From Bacteroidales bacterium (GTDB lineage Bacteria; Bacteroidota; Bacteroidia; Bacteroidales; GCA-2748055), in the NCBI GenBank assembly GCA_029210585.1, contig JARGFP010000006.1, forward strand, positions 88,322 to 152,321: DNA of 64,000 nucleotides, given 5' to 3'. The notes beneath the pieces were generated by a model. It saw only the letters and a program-made list of their open reading frames with translations. It was not told the DNA's origin and ran no database searches. This document shows positions 37,921 through 48,292 of this stretch, piece by piece. A program made the translations under genes and the position numbers. Each line of letters begins with the position of its first letter. Position 1 is the stretch's first letter.

Positions 37921-38672
37921 ATGAAAGACCCTGAAAACGGCTATCACATCAGCTTTTTAAACCCACAACTGAACAGGCGCGATTCAATCGCAACCTGGTG
38001 ATCCGGCTTGCATCCATTTGGTTCATTGCCATTTTCGGATTCCAGATCGCACTGCGTGTACTGGAGCAACCCACTCCTGAACCCTCTTACACTGCTTTTG
38101 AAAATTCCTTGGAAAACATCTAAAGCAGCGGTGCCTCTGCAGGTGACCTGAAGTCATTTGGTACTGCGCTGTTGTCTGTACACGGTAAAGTTGCCATCGA
38201 GGAAGACGAACGGTCGCTGCTTGCAGTCTCCATGAACTGGTCATTCTTTGAACTGCTACCTGATGAGCAACGCAGCTGCATGCTGGAGGAGGTAGCAGCG
38301 CTTGAGGAAATCAAGGCAGGGATCACCGACATCACGAACCCGGAATATGTTGAGGCAAAAAGTAATCTTCGAAAAAGTGCCGCTCCCGTGTTCGGCCTTG
38401 AAAGCAAAGATCCCAGGAACGTGCTTCTTCCCGTTGAACTGACAACCAGGAACATCAATTCCCTTTCCGATGAGGCAAAGAGCGATCTTCCCGGCATCAT
38501 GAAGAAATACCTGGTACATAACCAGTCCTTTCTTACTGATGCAAGATTCCTCGGATTCCCCTTTCATTATTTCTATTCCGCTGTGTTCCTGCTCATCCTG
38601 TTCGTAGGGCTGTGCTGGTTATACTGCGTAAGGGCCGACCGGCGGAACGTGCTACTGGGAATCGAAGACTGA
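37921..38672 (+). pseudogene. DUF4212-type membrane partner of acetate symporter, frameshifted
   Basis: MKDPENGYHISF, then a frameshift at the T-run 37954-37958 (KPTTEQARFNRNLVI...), an in-frame TAA at 38121, and C-terminal FLGFPFHYFYSA. Confidence 0.7.
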
Positions 38673-38701
38673 TCTGTAAAACCCTACTAAATCGGAATAA
38701 A

Positions 38702-39500
38702 ATGAATAAAGCAATATTACCAATCATATTACTGGTAACTCCTTCATTTGCACAAGGAGCTACTGCGGCGACCCACCTGGCAGGCAGTTTTCAACTGGGA
38801 CCCGCCATCATACTGATCACAATCCTGGTACTGTTCGTTGCCGTGGGTATTATTTTTCGCGCCAGAGTCACCAATGATTATTATGCAGCCGGAAGAGGCA
38901 TCTCGAGGGTCGGATCCGGGATGGCCATTGCCTCCAACTGGATGAGTGCAGCCTCCTTCCTGGGCATGGCAGCCCTGATGTATGGCTCCGGTTACCATGG
39001 ACTTGCATATGTAGTGGGATGGACAGGCGGCTACGTGTTGCTGCTGATCCTGATGGCAGGACAGATTCGTAAATATGGAAAATACACCGCAGCGGATTTC
39101 ATTGGCGACAGGTATTATTCCCAATCGCTGCGTGCGGTGTGAGCGATCATTGCGATCCTCATTTCAATCGCCTATTGTGTCGGCCAGTGTGGAGGAATTG
39201 GCCTGATGTTCAGATGGATCCTTGGCATTGAATATACATGGGCAGTCATTATTGGCGGAACAGTTGTGCTGGCCTATACCCTGATCTCAGGGATACTGGG
39301 GGTGACAAAAAACATGCAGATCCAGTATGTGATCATCATTATTTCGTTCATCGTCCCCCTGTTCATTTTGAATTTTAAATTCGATTACTCCTGGCTGCCC
39401 GCCTGGGTACGGTCCTGATGGCAATCATCGTGACTGTAATAGCTCTTGCCGAGCTTGCACTGATCAGACAACTTGTGGCAGTTGCATTTTCGCTGGCCGG
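38702..39500 (+). pseudogene. actP: Cation/acetate symporter ActP, disrupted
   Basis: DYYAAGR, GMAIASNWMSAASFLG, GWTGGY, YTAADFIGDRY; in-frame TGA at 39140-39142; truncated after 39418, with a late-TM fragment (VAVAFSLAG). Confidence 0.8.
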
Positions 39501-39559
39501 ATGCATGGTATTTTGCCATTTTTGGTGCACCACTTGCCATTTTAGCAAACATCAGTATT

Positions 39560-39915
39560 TATACAACCAGTTCGGTCATGGCGATCCTGTCAGATGCCGG
39601 AAACAAATTGCTGTTGCGTTCCTGGACGGACTTGAACAATGCGATCCGGTGCAGCAGGAACGCTTCCTGGAAAAACGGGTCAGCAAGATCGTGGAGTCTG
39701 CATGAGAAGTCAAACGACGCCTGTCGGTCAGCTATACCAACATGGGAATCGTGCACAGGCACCATGCCAGGTATGATTCGGCAGCGGTTTGTTATACCAG
39801 GGCACTGGAACTATGGGACAGGAACCTCACTGCAGAAAACAATCTCAACCTGCTGCTCGGACTGCCCCAGAAAAAAGTGAATATCATACAGCGGCTTTCC
39901 CCGCCTGAAAAATAA
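39560..39915 (+). pseudogene. C-terminal fragment of a TPR protein
   Basis: After the in-frame TGA at 39703 the frame continues EVKRRLSVSYTNMGIVHRHHARYDSAAVCYTRALELWDRNLTAENNLNLLLG...* (TPR pattern). The 5' boundary is approximate. Confidence 0.6.
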
Positions 39916-39991
39916 TTGTAACATACCAATAGCAACAGAAAAAAGGTCAGATACCAGCACCTGCAAAACAACAAACCCAAAATACCCCGAT

Positions 39992-40706
39992 ATGAAACGA
40001 CTACTTCTGCTATCCGTCAGCCTGATGATCCTGCTCGCTCTGAATGCCTGCGCAATGCCCACGTACCCGATATGCATTTCCAGGTTCATTTTGCCACTTC
40101 AGACGGCAAGGGCATCGTCGAATCCGTGCTGGTTGGATCAGGAGTGGCATACAAGCACATCGTGCCCAGGCTAAAATCAGATTGGTTGTTCAATACCTAT
40201 GCCTTGGATGAAAAAGTACATGGCATCACCACGATTCTGTTCACAAAGATCGTTACGGCACCTTTTACCGGGAAGTTGCAGGGAAGGTACGGTGAAAATA
40301 TTCCCGACCTGCTCTCCCTCAGCGGTTTCGCAGTAAAAGAAATCGTTGACTTCACCACAGGGAATAATCCTACACGCCATTGCGGAACATTTCTGCCTGG
40401 GGAGAAATCCATTCCAACGGGTCCATGTTCCAGGCAGGCTTGTTTGCAGGTGTAACAAAAAACATCGGGACAAAGGAACCGATGTCCTCTCCCGGTAACA
40501 GGGTATATGGACTTGGCACAAATAACGAGTCCCTGATCAGGGTCGCCCCCAGGCTGCTGATCATCTCCGGACATACCAGGATTGGTGCAGAAATTGAATT
40601 CACCGGTGCCCGCTATGGTTCGGATTATGATGTAAACTATATTGCAGGAGACATTGTTGAAGTCACAAACACCAGGTTGCTGATGAGCATGATGTATAGT
40701 TTTTAA
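39992..40706 (+). pseudogene. Fragmented outer-membrane beta-barrel protein
   Basis: Signal peptide MKRLLLLSVSLM, fragments in three frames, and a terminal aromatic strand RLLMSMMYSF. Confidence 0.55.
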
Positions 40707-40776
40707 TATCTTGCAAAGTCAAACAAACGAACCAAAGATTGCGCAACGATGAATTGTGCAACATAACCATCAACCT

Positions 40777-42639
40777 ATGCGACCAAAGATATTTAGCATC
40801 CTCGCTGTTGTTTTGCTGGCAGCGCTGTTTCATTCCTGCAAACCGGGCGCTGAGCTGCCACCTCCAAACATCGTGTGGATCACCTCCGAAGACAATTCCG
40901 TTCATTACATGGACCTTTACACGGAAGGAGGGGCACCCACTCCCCACATTGAAGCGCTGGCCGAACACGGAATACTGTTCAGCAATGCCTTCAGCAACGG
41001 GCCCGTCTGCAGCGTGGCACGTTCCACGCTCATGTCCGGCTGTTACGCACCCCGGATCGGCGCCAACTATCACAGGAGAGAGAAGCTGGTGCCCATGCCC
41101 GGTGGTCTTGAAATGTTTCCTGCGTACCTCCGCAGCGCCGGTTATTACACCACCAACAACAGCAAGGAAGATTACAATATCATCAAAGGCGATAGTGTAT
41201 GGGATGAATCGTCGCGTACAGCTCACTGGCAGAACCGGGCTGAGGGACAGCCCTTCTTTCATGTTTTTAACATTGTCACAACCCACGAAAGCCGTCTGCA
41301 TTTCACGGAAGATCAGATGCAGGACTACACACCTGTAACAGATACAACTTCATTTTCCCTCTTCCCCATCCATCCCCGGACCGCACTTTTCACATACACG
41401 AATGCCTTTTACCGTGACAAGATCATGGAAATGGATCGCCAGGCAGGGCAGGTGGTTGCTGAGCTGGAGGAGGCAGGGCTCCTTGAAAATACGTTCATCT
41501 TTTATTTCGGGGACCACGGGGGTGTATTGCCGGGCAGCAAGGGATACCTCTACGAAACGGGGTTACATGTTCCACTGGTGGTACATGTGCCGGATAATTA
41601 CAGGCATCTTACCGACAATGAAAAAGGCAGCAGCGTAAATGGTTTCGTGCGCTTTGTTGACTTTGGGCCGACGGTTTTGCACCTTGCGGGTGTGGATATT
41701 CCGAAGGCCATGGATGGTGTTCCTTTCCTGGGCAAAGGAATCAACAGCAGCGAGGTGAACAAACGGGACGAGGCGTACGGATATGCCGACCGCATGGATG
41801 AGAAATATGATATGGTACGTTCTTACCGCCATGGCCGCTACAAATATATCAGGAGTTACCAGCCATACCAGTTTGACGGGTTGATGACCAACTACAGGCA
41901 TATTATGCTCGCCAACCAACAGTGGCTGGAACGCTTCAAAAAGGGAAAGCTGACCCCCTTGCAGGCCCGTTTCTTTAACCGTCGTCCGCCCGAGATGCTG
42001 TTCGACCTGCACAATGACCCGCTTGAAACCAGGAACCTGGCAGGGGATCATGCTTATAGCGAAATTCTGACCGGTATGCGTAACGGATTGGATCACTGGA
42101 TCAAAAGCATGCCCGACCTTTCTTTTTACCCCGAACATGTATTGGTTGAGCAGGCATTCGATGATCCTGCAGCTTTCGGGCGTGACCATATTGAAGAGAT
42201 CGTTTCCTATATCGGACTGGCCAATCTCCAGCTGTTAAAATTCAGCGATGCCAAGTCCGGAATCCTGTCTGGCCTCGGATCGGAGGATCCCCGGGCACGC
42301 TACTGGGCGTTGGTCGTATGCAGCAGCTTTGCAACCCCCGACCGGGAACTGGTGCAGGTAGCCAGGGAAATCACTGCCACCGATCCTGAGCTGTTGAACA
42401 GGGTAAGGGCCGCTGAATACCTGGGACTTATTGGCATTGACAGCCCGGTAAAAACGATGACCGATGCCCTTTATGCATCGGTGAACGGTACAGAGGCACT
42501 GCAAATCTTCAATTCGATCGTACTGATGCAGGACGGTGAACCAGGTTATGTATTTGAACTTGACCCGGAACGGATCAATGAAGAGGTGCGCAACCACCTG
42601 CAGGTAAGCAGGCGGCTGGAATACCTCATAAAAAATTAA
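40777..42639 (+). CDS. Sulfatase (Cys-type, lipoprotein) with C-terminal HEAT-like extension
   Basis: Lipobox FHSC; PNIVWITSED; CSVARSTLMSG (CxxxR); FGDHG; LHVPL. Confidence 0.92.
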   Translation: MRPKIFSILAVVLLAALFHSCKPGAELPPPNIVWITSEDNSVHYMDLYTEGGAPTPHIEALAEHGILFSNAFSNGPVCSVARSTLMSGCYAPRIGANYHRREKLVPMPGGLEMFPAYLRSAGYYTTNNSKEDYNIIKGDSVWDESSRTAHWQNRAEGQPFFHVFNIVTTHESRLHFTEDQMQDYTPVTDTTSFSLFPIHPRTALFTYTNAFYRDKIMEMDRQAGQVVAELEEAGLLENTFIFYFGDHGGVLPGSKGYLYETGLHVPLVVHVPDNYRHLTDNEKGSSVNGFVRFVDFGPTVLHLAGVDIPKAMDGVPFLGKGINSSEVNKRDEAYGYADRMDEKYDMVRSYRHGRYKYIRSYQPYQFDGLMTNYRHIMLANQQWLERFKKGKLTPLQARFFNRRPPEMLFDLHNDPLETRNLAGDHAYSEILTGMRNGLDHWIKSMPDLSFYPEHVLVEQAFDDPAAFGRDHIEEIVSYIGLANLQLLKFSDAKSGILSGLGSEDPRARYWALVVCSSFATPDRELVQVAREITATDPELLNRVRAAEYLGLIGIDSPVKTMTDALYASVNGTEALQIFNSIVLMQDGEPGYVFELDPERINEEVRNHLQVSRRLEYLIKN

Positions 42640-42654
42640 TTCACCGGATATTGA

Positions 42655-44550
42655 TCAATATTTTGGCTTACTGCCCTTCCTGTGCTTCTTTTTCGCAGTA
42701 CCGGAATCCTGCTTCTTGCCCGAGTTCCAGGTATCCTTTGCCTGGAATCCTGAATAGCCGTTTTTCCGGAGGTCGGCCTCCCAGGCCGGAGCCTGCTGTT
42801 TCCGGCGACGCCGGTCACTGCCGGGAGCGTCTGAATTTTCCGCCAAACGTCCCCTGCCCGGCAACTCCTGGCCTTCCGACAATTCCACCTTCACCTTGGC
42901 ACCTTCGTGCCTGATGTTCCTGCTAAAGGACTGCATCACCAGCGCTTCATTGTTCTTCTCCACTTCAAAGAAAGAAAAACCCTTCATGATATCGATCTTT
43001 CCTACCTCGATCTGCCTGTTGTTGGTGGTATCCATCAGCAATCCGATCAGTTTGGTGGGATTGATGTTGTTTTTGCTGCCTACGTTGATATAAAAACGGC
43101 TGTAGGCATCCTGTCCCTCCCGTCTGCGGTCTTCGCTGGCATCCTTCCTGTTCTCACTTCGGTTCTGCCTGGTCGCTGGTCGCCTGGCTGCAGGTTCCCT
43201 ACCTCTTTCATCACGCTGGTCCGCCTGGACATTCAGGTCAGGAGCATTTTTGTAATATTCCAGGAAACGGTTGAACTCAACGGAAACAAATTTTTTGATC
43301 AGATCCTCCTTGCTGAGCCATTCCAGTTTTTTATAAATCTCCGGGAGGAACTCATCGATCTGCTTATCAGCCGTTTTCACCTGTTCCATGGTATTGACCA
43401 CGTTGAAGAGCTGCTTTTCACAGATCTCTTTTCCCCCGGGGACCATCACCCGTTTGAATTTCTTTTGGGTAATCTTCTCCAGTTGCCTTATCTTCCCGGT
43501 TTCCCGGGTATGTATGATGGAAATCGAAATCCCGTTCTTCCCTGCCCTTCCTGTCCTTCCGCTGCGGTGAATATACACTTCGAGGTCATCCGGCATGTTG
43601 TAATTGATCACATGTGTAAGATCATCCACGTCCAGTCCGCGCGCCGCCACGTCGGTGGCAACAAGCATCTGCAGCTGGCGTTTCCTGAACCGGTTCATCA
43701 CATAATCGCGCTGCGCCTGTGACAGGTCACCATGCAATGCATCTGCATTATAGCCATCGGCCATGAATTTATCCGCCACTTCCTTGGTCTCGCGCCTGGT
43801 CCTGCAAAATACGATCCCGTAGATATCGGGGTGCATATCTGCAATCCGTTTCAATACTTCATAGCGGTGTTTAGCATGCGACATGTAATATTCGTGAACC
43901 ACATTGTCGGCACCTGCATTTTTGGTTCCCACGGATATCTCCAATGGGGCATTCATATAATTATTCGCAATCTGGTATACCCCTTTCGGCATGGTGGCAG
44001 AGAACAGCAATGTTTGTTTTTCTGAAGGTGTACCGGAAAGGATCGCATCCAGTTCCTCCTTGAATCCCATCTGCAACATCTCGTCGGCTTCATCGAGGAC
44101 CAGCCATTTGATCTTCTCTACTTTCAGTACCTTGCGTTCGATCAGGTCACGCACCCTGCCCGGGGTTCCCACAACGATCTGGCCTCCGGACCTGAGTTGC
44201 CGGATCTGCGTTTCAGCAGGTGCCCCGCCATATACCGGGATAATATTGAAACCCGATGTATATTTTGAGAAATCCTGCAGGTCGCCGGTGATTTGCATGC
44301 AGAGTTCCCTTGTCGGACAAAGGATCAGGGCCTGCACAGATTTGTCACTCATGTCAGCTTTCTGGATCAGTGGAAGGCCGAAAGCCGCCGTTTTTCCTGT
44401 TCCTGTCTGCGCAAGCGCAATCAGGTCCTGATCAAGTCCCAGTATATGGGGAATTACTTTTTCCTGGATGGGGGTTGGATCAACGAAACCAAGTTCATTG
44501 ACAGCCCTTTGAATGGGATCATCCAGTCCCATTTCATTAAATGTATTCAT
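42655..44550 (-). CDS. deaD: DEAD-box RNA helicase with DbpA-type RNA-binding domain
   Basis: AQTGTGKT, PTREL, DEAD, SAT, HRSGRTGRAG, and C-terminal RFYINVG...GKIDI...FSFFEV. Confidence 0.92.
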   Translation of the reverse strand: MNTFNEMGLDDPIQRAVNELGFVDPTPIQEKVIPHILGLDQDLIALAQTGTGKTAAFGLPLIQKADMSDKSVQALILCPTRELCMQITGDLQDFSKYTSGFNIIPVYGGAPAETQIRQLRSGGQIVVGTPGRVRDLIERKVLKVEKIKWLVLDEADEMLQMGFKEELDAILSGTPSEKQTLLFSATMPKGVYQIANNYMNAPLEISVGTKNAGADNVVHEYYMSHAKHRYEVLKRIADMHPDIYGIVFCRTRRETKEVADKFMADGYNADALHGDLSQAQRDYVMNRFRKRQLQMLVATDVAARGLDVDDLTHVINYNMPDDLEVYIHRSGRTGRAGKNGISISIIHTRETGKIRQLEKITQKKFKRVMVPGGKEICEKQLFNVVNTMEQVKTADKQIDEFLPEIYKKLEWLSKEDLIKKFVSVEFNRFLEYYKNAPDLNVQADQRDERGREPAARRPATRQNRSENRKDASEDRRREGQDAYSRFYINVGSKNNINPTKLIGLLMDTTNNRQIEVGKIDIMKGFSFFEVEKNNEALVMQSFSRNIRHEGAKVKVELSEGQELPGRGRLAENSDAPGSDRRRRKQQAPAWEADLRKNGYSGFQAKDTWNSGKKQDSGTAKKKHRKGSKPKY

Positions 44551-44680
44551 TGTTATGTTCTTATATACCGATCCGAAAAGGAAGCTGGTGACAAAAATCA
44601 TCGGATTTTACCCCGTGGCCGGGAACGCAAATGCGGTATACAAAAACTCGGGTCTCCCTTGTCCTCTTATAATCGAGCCG

Positions 44681-44688
44681 CGAAGGTA
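44681..44688 (-). promoter_or_regulatory. Bacteroidota -7-like element for deaD
   Basis: Minus-strand TACCTTCG about 130 nt upstream of the start codon. Confidence 0.45.
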
Positions 44689-44858
44689 ATATAATTATCG
44701 TAACATTAACTGTCAATCTGACGTTTTTTTGACGAACGTTCATGTCATGCTGACATTTTTACAATGGTCTCGTAAGGAAAAACACCCTGGCCATATCTCC
44801 CGTTATGAACTGATTTACTGCATATTATAATTCATACAAAGAAAGATAATCATTGTGA

Positions 44859-44873
44859 TGGCATTTGTTTTGT
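44859..44873 (+). promoter_or_regulatory. Sigma-54-like element upstream of hsp20
   Basis: TGGCAT-N5-TTGT, with an imperfect -12. Confidence 0.4.
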
Positions 44874-44932
44874 TCAATGTACAATGTGAATAAAAATAGA
44901 TTGTCTAATTAAAAATTATGGAGGGAATTACC

Positions 44933-45385
44933 ATGACACTTGCAAGATTATCCAACAACTGGGCACCATCATTTCCTTCCTTACTCGACAGGTTTTTTGA
45001 GGGAGATGTGATGGATTGGAACACTACCAATTTTGCCGGATCAAATTCAACCTTGCCGGCAGTAAACATCAGGGAAGACGCTGATGCTTACCAGATCGAG
45101 GTGGCGGCACCGGGCATGAAAAAAAGTGATTTTGACATCAACTATGACAATGGCCGGCTGACGATTGCTTCGGAGCGCAAGGACGAGGTTGAAAAGAAAG
45201 ATGGTGAAACCGTTACCCGCAGGGAATTCAGTTACCAGTCATTCCAGCGTTCTTTCAATGTTGCTGAAAACGTGATTGAAGCAGACAAGATCAAAGCTGC
45301 ATACAATGACGGCATACTGAGCATTACGCTTCCCAAGCGGGAAGAGGTCAAGCCAAAGCCGGCAAAAGCAATCAAGATTTCATAA
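44933..45385 (+). CDS. Hsp20/alpha-crystallin small heat-shock protein
   Basis: PAVNIRE, APGMKK, RREFSYQSFQRSF, YNDGILSITLPK. Alternative start at 44918. Confidence 0.95.
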   Translation: MTLARLSNNWAPSFPSLLDRFFEGDVMDWNTTNFAGSNSTLPAVNIREDADAYQIEVAAPGMKKSDFDINYDNGRLTIASERKDEVEKKDGETVTRREFSYQSFQRSFNVAENVIEADKIKAAYNDGILSITLPKREEVKPKPAKAIKIS

Positions 45386-45403
45386 GCGGATGACCCGCCG
45401 TAC

Positions 45404-45433
45404 AAAGAGGGGTACTGCACCCCTCTTTTTTTT
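45404..45433 (+). terminator. Rho-independent terminator after hsp20
   Basis: AAAGAGGGGT-actgc-ACCCCTCTTT followed by a T-run. Confidence 0.85.
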
Positions 45434-45503
45434 ATGCATGTGTGTATCAGGTCCCTGATTACAGGGTATGTGCGAATGCCCCGGAAGCTTTCTTTGACAG
45501 GTG

Positions 45504-46997
45504 TTAATGATCCCCAGCGATTTCTTCCTTTTTTTCCAATGTCTCGTTGTTTGCTTTGGTTCCTTTTTTGGGCTTTGAATTCCCGCTGAAACCTTGTCGC
45601 TCCTGTTTTCCCCAAGTGGTTTTTCTGAAAAGCTTATCGATGTTTCCCTTGATATTCATCAGCATGGTGAGCGGATGATATAAAAACGGCTCCAGGAAAG
45701 CTGTGATCATGAGTTTGATCACATCGCGGCGCTTCTCATATTTATGGAAGGTAATCTCTTCGAACAGGACCGACCAGATAGAAAGTGAGACAGCGAAAAA
45801 ATAGACAAATCCAAGCAGCAGTAAAAAGAAGGGCAGGTTCAGTCTCCCCGTAATCGCAAGCACGGTGAACCACACGATCCCCAGGAACTCAACGATAGGT
45901 GCCAGCCACTCGAAGAAAAGCCAGTAAGGATATCCGAGTAATCCCAATTTGCCATATTTGGGATGGAAGAACAACTTCCGGTGCTTAAACAATGTTTCCA
46001 TGGTACCCCTGGTCCAGCGGCTGCGTTGCCTGGCAAGGCTCTTAAGGTCTGAAGGCACCTCGGTCCAGCAGAGCGGATCGGGAATATATTCGACCCGGTA
46101 CGGTTGTTTCTTTTCGGCCATGTAGCGTCTGATCCTTACCACCAGTTCCATGTCCTCCCCTACTGTATTGGTACTGTATCCCCCTGCCTGGATGACGATT
46201 TCGCGATTAAACATTCCAAGTGCACCGGAGATCAGCAATAGTCCGTCGAGCTCGCTCCATGCCATTCTGCCCAGGAGGAAGGCCCGGGTATATTCCATCA
46301 CCTGGGCCCTGGGGAGCCATTTTTCCGGGAGGTGGATTTTCTTGATATGTCCTCCGGATATCTCGCATGAATTGGCAATACGAATGACGCCTCCGGCTCC
46401 TATGACCTTTTTTTCCTTTTCTTCCAGGAAGGGCTTGACCAGTTTCAGCAGGGCATCCGGCTCCATGATGGAATCGGCATCTATACTCACCACCAGGTCA
46501 TTTTTTATCACGTTCAAACCCGCATTCAGCGCATCTGCCTTGCCCCCGTTCCGCTTGTCCACCACCACCAGTTTCTTGAACGACCTGTTCCTTGATTTAT
46601 AGACTCCCCTGATCCGCTCACATGGCAGCCTGTAATCGAAGTAATAATTCACCTTCTCCAGTTCATAGGCCGCAATGATTTTTTCCATGGAGTCGTCTGT
46701 GCTTCCGTCATTCACCACGACGATCTCGAAATTATTGTAATAGAGAGAGAGCAGGGTGCGGATATTGTCAACAATCGTGGCACTTTCGTTGTAGGCAGGT
46801 GCAATCACTGAAAGCGTAGGTGCAATGGGGGATGTGATAATGGAATTATAGTCTACATAGCTGTTTTTTCGCAAGTACTTTCTTAGCGAGACGGCAGAGA
46901 AGATCATCAGTGACAGGTAGGTACTAAAGATGATCACGGTCAGTATAAACACCGAATTGTTTACTACCTCGCCCAATATCGTCCAGAACGTTCCCAT
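45504..46997 (-). CDS. Processive GT2 glycosyltransferase (PgaC/IcaA-like)
   Basis: PAYNE, VNDGSTD, GKADALN, IDADS, GEDME, QRSRW, plus TMs. Confidence 0.9.
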   Translation of the reverse strand: MGTFWTILGEVVNNSVFILTVIIFSTYLSLMIFSAVSLRKYLRKNSYVDYNSIITSPIAPTLSVIAPAYNESATIVDNIRTLLSLYYNNFEIVVVNDGSTDDSMEKIIAAYELEKVNYYFDYRLPCERIRGVYKSRNRSFKKLVVVDKRNGGKADALNAGLNVIKNDLVVSIDADSIMEPDALLKLVKPFLEEKEKKVIGAGGVIRIANSCEISGGHIKKIHLPEKWLPRAQVMEYTRAFLLGRMAWSELDGLLLISGALGMFNREIVIQAGGYSTNTVGEDMELVVRIRRYMAEKKQPYRVEYIPDPLCWTEVPSDLKSLARQRSRWTRGTMETLFKHRKLFFHPKYGKLGLLGYPYWLFFEWLAPIVEFLGIVWFTVLAITGRLNLPFFLLLLGFVYFFAVSLSIWSVLFEEITFHKYEKRRDVIKLMITAFLEPFLYHPLTMLMNIKGNIDKLFRKTTWGKQERQGFSGNSKPKKGTKANNETLEKKEEIAGDH

Positions 46998-48292
46998 CAG
47001 TAAATCCTCCCGTCCAGAACATGCCTGATGATGATCTGGTAATTCTTGTATTCCGACTTTTTCTTCATAAGTTTGATCAGCCTGGATATGCCGGGCTCAT
47101 CCAGATTCTCCATTGCCTTGGTAGCCAGGATCTGCAATTGCACATCATCTTCTTTGTCCAGCACCCCGTTCAGAAACTCAAGGTAATTTTCATCGGGAAC
47201 CTGGGCAAAAGCCTTCAGGAGCTCCATGCGGATATTGTACGATGCCTGGTCATACATTTCCTGCAGATGCGGCAGTACTTTTTTCTCTCCCAGCTTACCG
47301 CAGGTGCGAATGGCATATATACGGACCTCTTCGTCCGCGTGATTCAACAGCCTGATGACGCCATCGACGGCCTCTTTCTGATGAAACCAGGCAACCATCT
47401 GCAGGCTGAACTTCACAACACTCAGGTTTTCTGAATCGAACCACTCATTGAAATCGGGCACATTCAGATTGTGCTGTGTCAGTAATTCATGAATGGTGAT
47501 CTGCTCCCATTTGGCCAGGGGTTTTTCCAGGTAACTCAGAAAAGTGTAGGGATTGTCCTCGGACAACCTTACAAGCGCAATCTGTGCTTCCATCCTCAGT
47601 ATCTGGTTGTGGGAATTGAGGCACTCGATGATCCTGTCATTGGCAGACCTGATATTCATATAGGCAAGTTCCCTGAATCCCTTCACGTTTTCGTGCCATT
47701 TTTTACTGTGTGCCTTACGCAAAGAATCCTTTTTCAGTCCGACATCAAGGTAGAGGTTTCTCAGGTCCTCCCTGACTTTTCCCTGCATGTTCACGCTCAA
47801 TTCGATGATCTGGTTGATCAGTATCTGCCGGCGGAAATTACTGGAGGCAATACGCAGTATCTTCCTGAATATTTCTTTGCGTTGTTCCTCATCAAACAGG
47901 TAGTCGATCAGCAATTGCTGGTATTGCTCATTGAGTTCCTGCCGCAGTTCCTGTTCTTTTTGCATCCTTGACCTGTTCAGAAGAATAAAGACAGTCAGCA
48001 CGATCAGGGTAATGATCGAGTATATGATGACGATATACAGGATAAGCACCAGCGTCGGCGATTTTTCGAAGGTATCGAAGATGCGTGCAAACACTCCCGT
48101 GTACCTGTTTCCGTCGGATTGCACCCCGCCCGTTTCCTCTTGTGCCGGGATCGTGTCACTGCTGACCGCTGCAGCATCCTGCTGCATCACAGACATGGCT
48201 GCGCTGTGCTGCTGAGGGAAAACTGACAGCAGCAGTACGAAAGTCATTATGTGGAATGTCGTTTTCAAATCCATTCTAACATTAATTGCCAT
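46997..48292 (-). CDS. Membrane-anchored HEAT-repeat protein
   Basis: A TM followed by HEAT-like repeats (LNHADEEVRIYAIRTCGKLG). Confidence 0.75.
   Translation of the reverse strand: MAINVRMDLKTTFHIMTFVLLLSVFPQQHSAAMSVMQQDAAAVSSDTIPAQEETGGVQSDGNRYTGVFARIFDTFEKSPTLVLILYIVIIYSIITLIVLTVFILLNRSRMQKEQELRQELNEQYQQLLIDYLFDEEQRKEIFRKILRIASSNFRRQILINQIIELSVNMQGKVREDLRNLYLDVGLKKDSLRKAHSKKWHENVKGFRELAYMNIRSANDRIIECLNSHNQILRMEAQIALVRLSEDNPYTFLSYLEKPLAKWEQITIHELLTQHNLNVPDFNEWFDSENLSVVKFSLQMVAWFHQKEAVDGVIRLLNHADEEVRIYAIRTCGKLGEKKVLPHLQEMYDQASYNIRMELLKAFAQVPDENYLEFLNGVLDKEDDVQLQILATKAMENLDEPGISRLIKLMKKKSEYKNYQIIIRHVLDGRIY

Noticed and set aside
36986-39705. Three in-frame TGA codons (36986, 39140, 39703) suggesting TGA recoding or selenocysteine
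   Set aside because: TGA terminates many intact genes in the window. The ablA site is a conserved Gly, not Cys, and the same genes also carry deletions, so pseudogenisation explains them.
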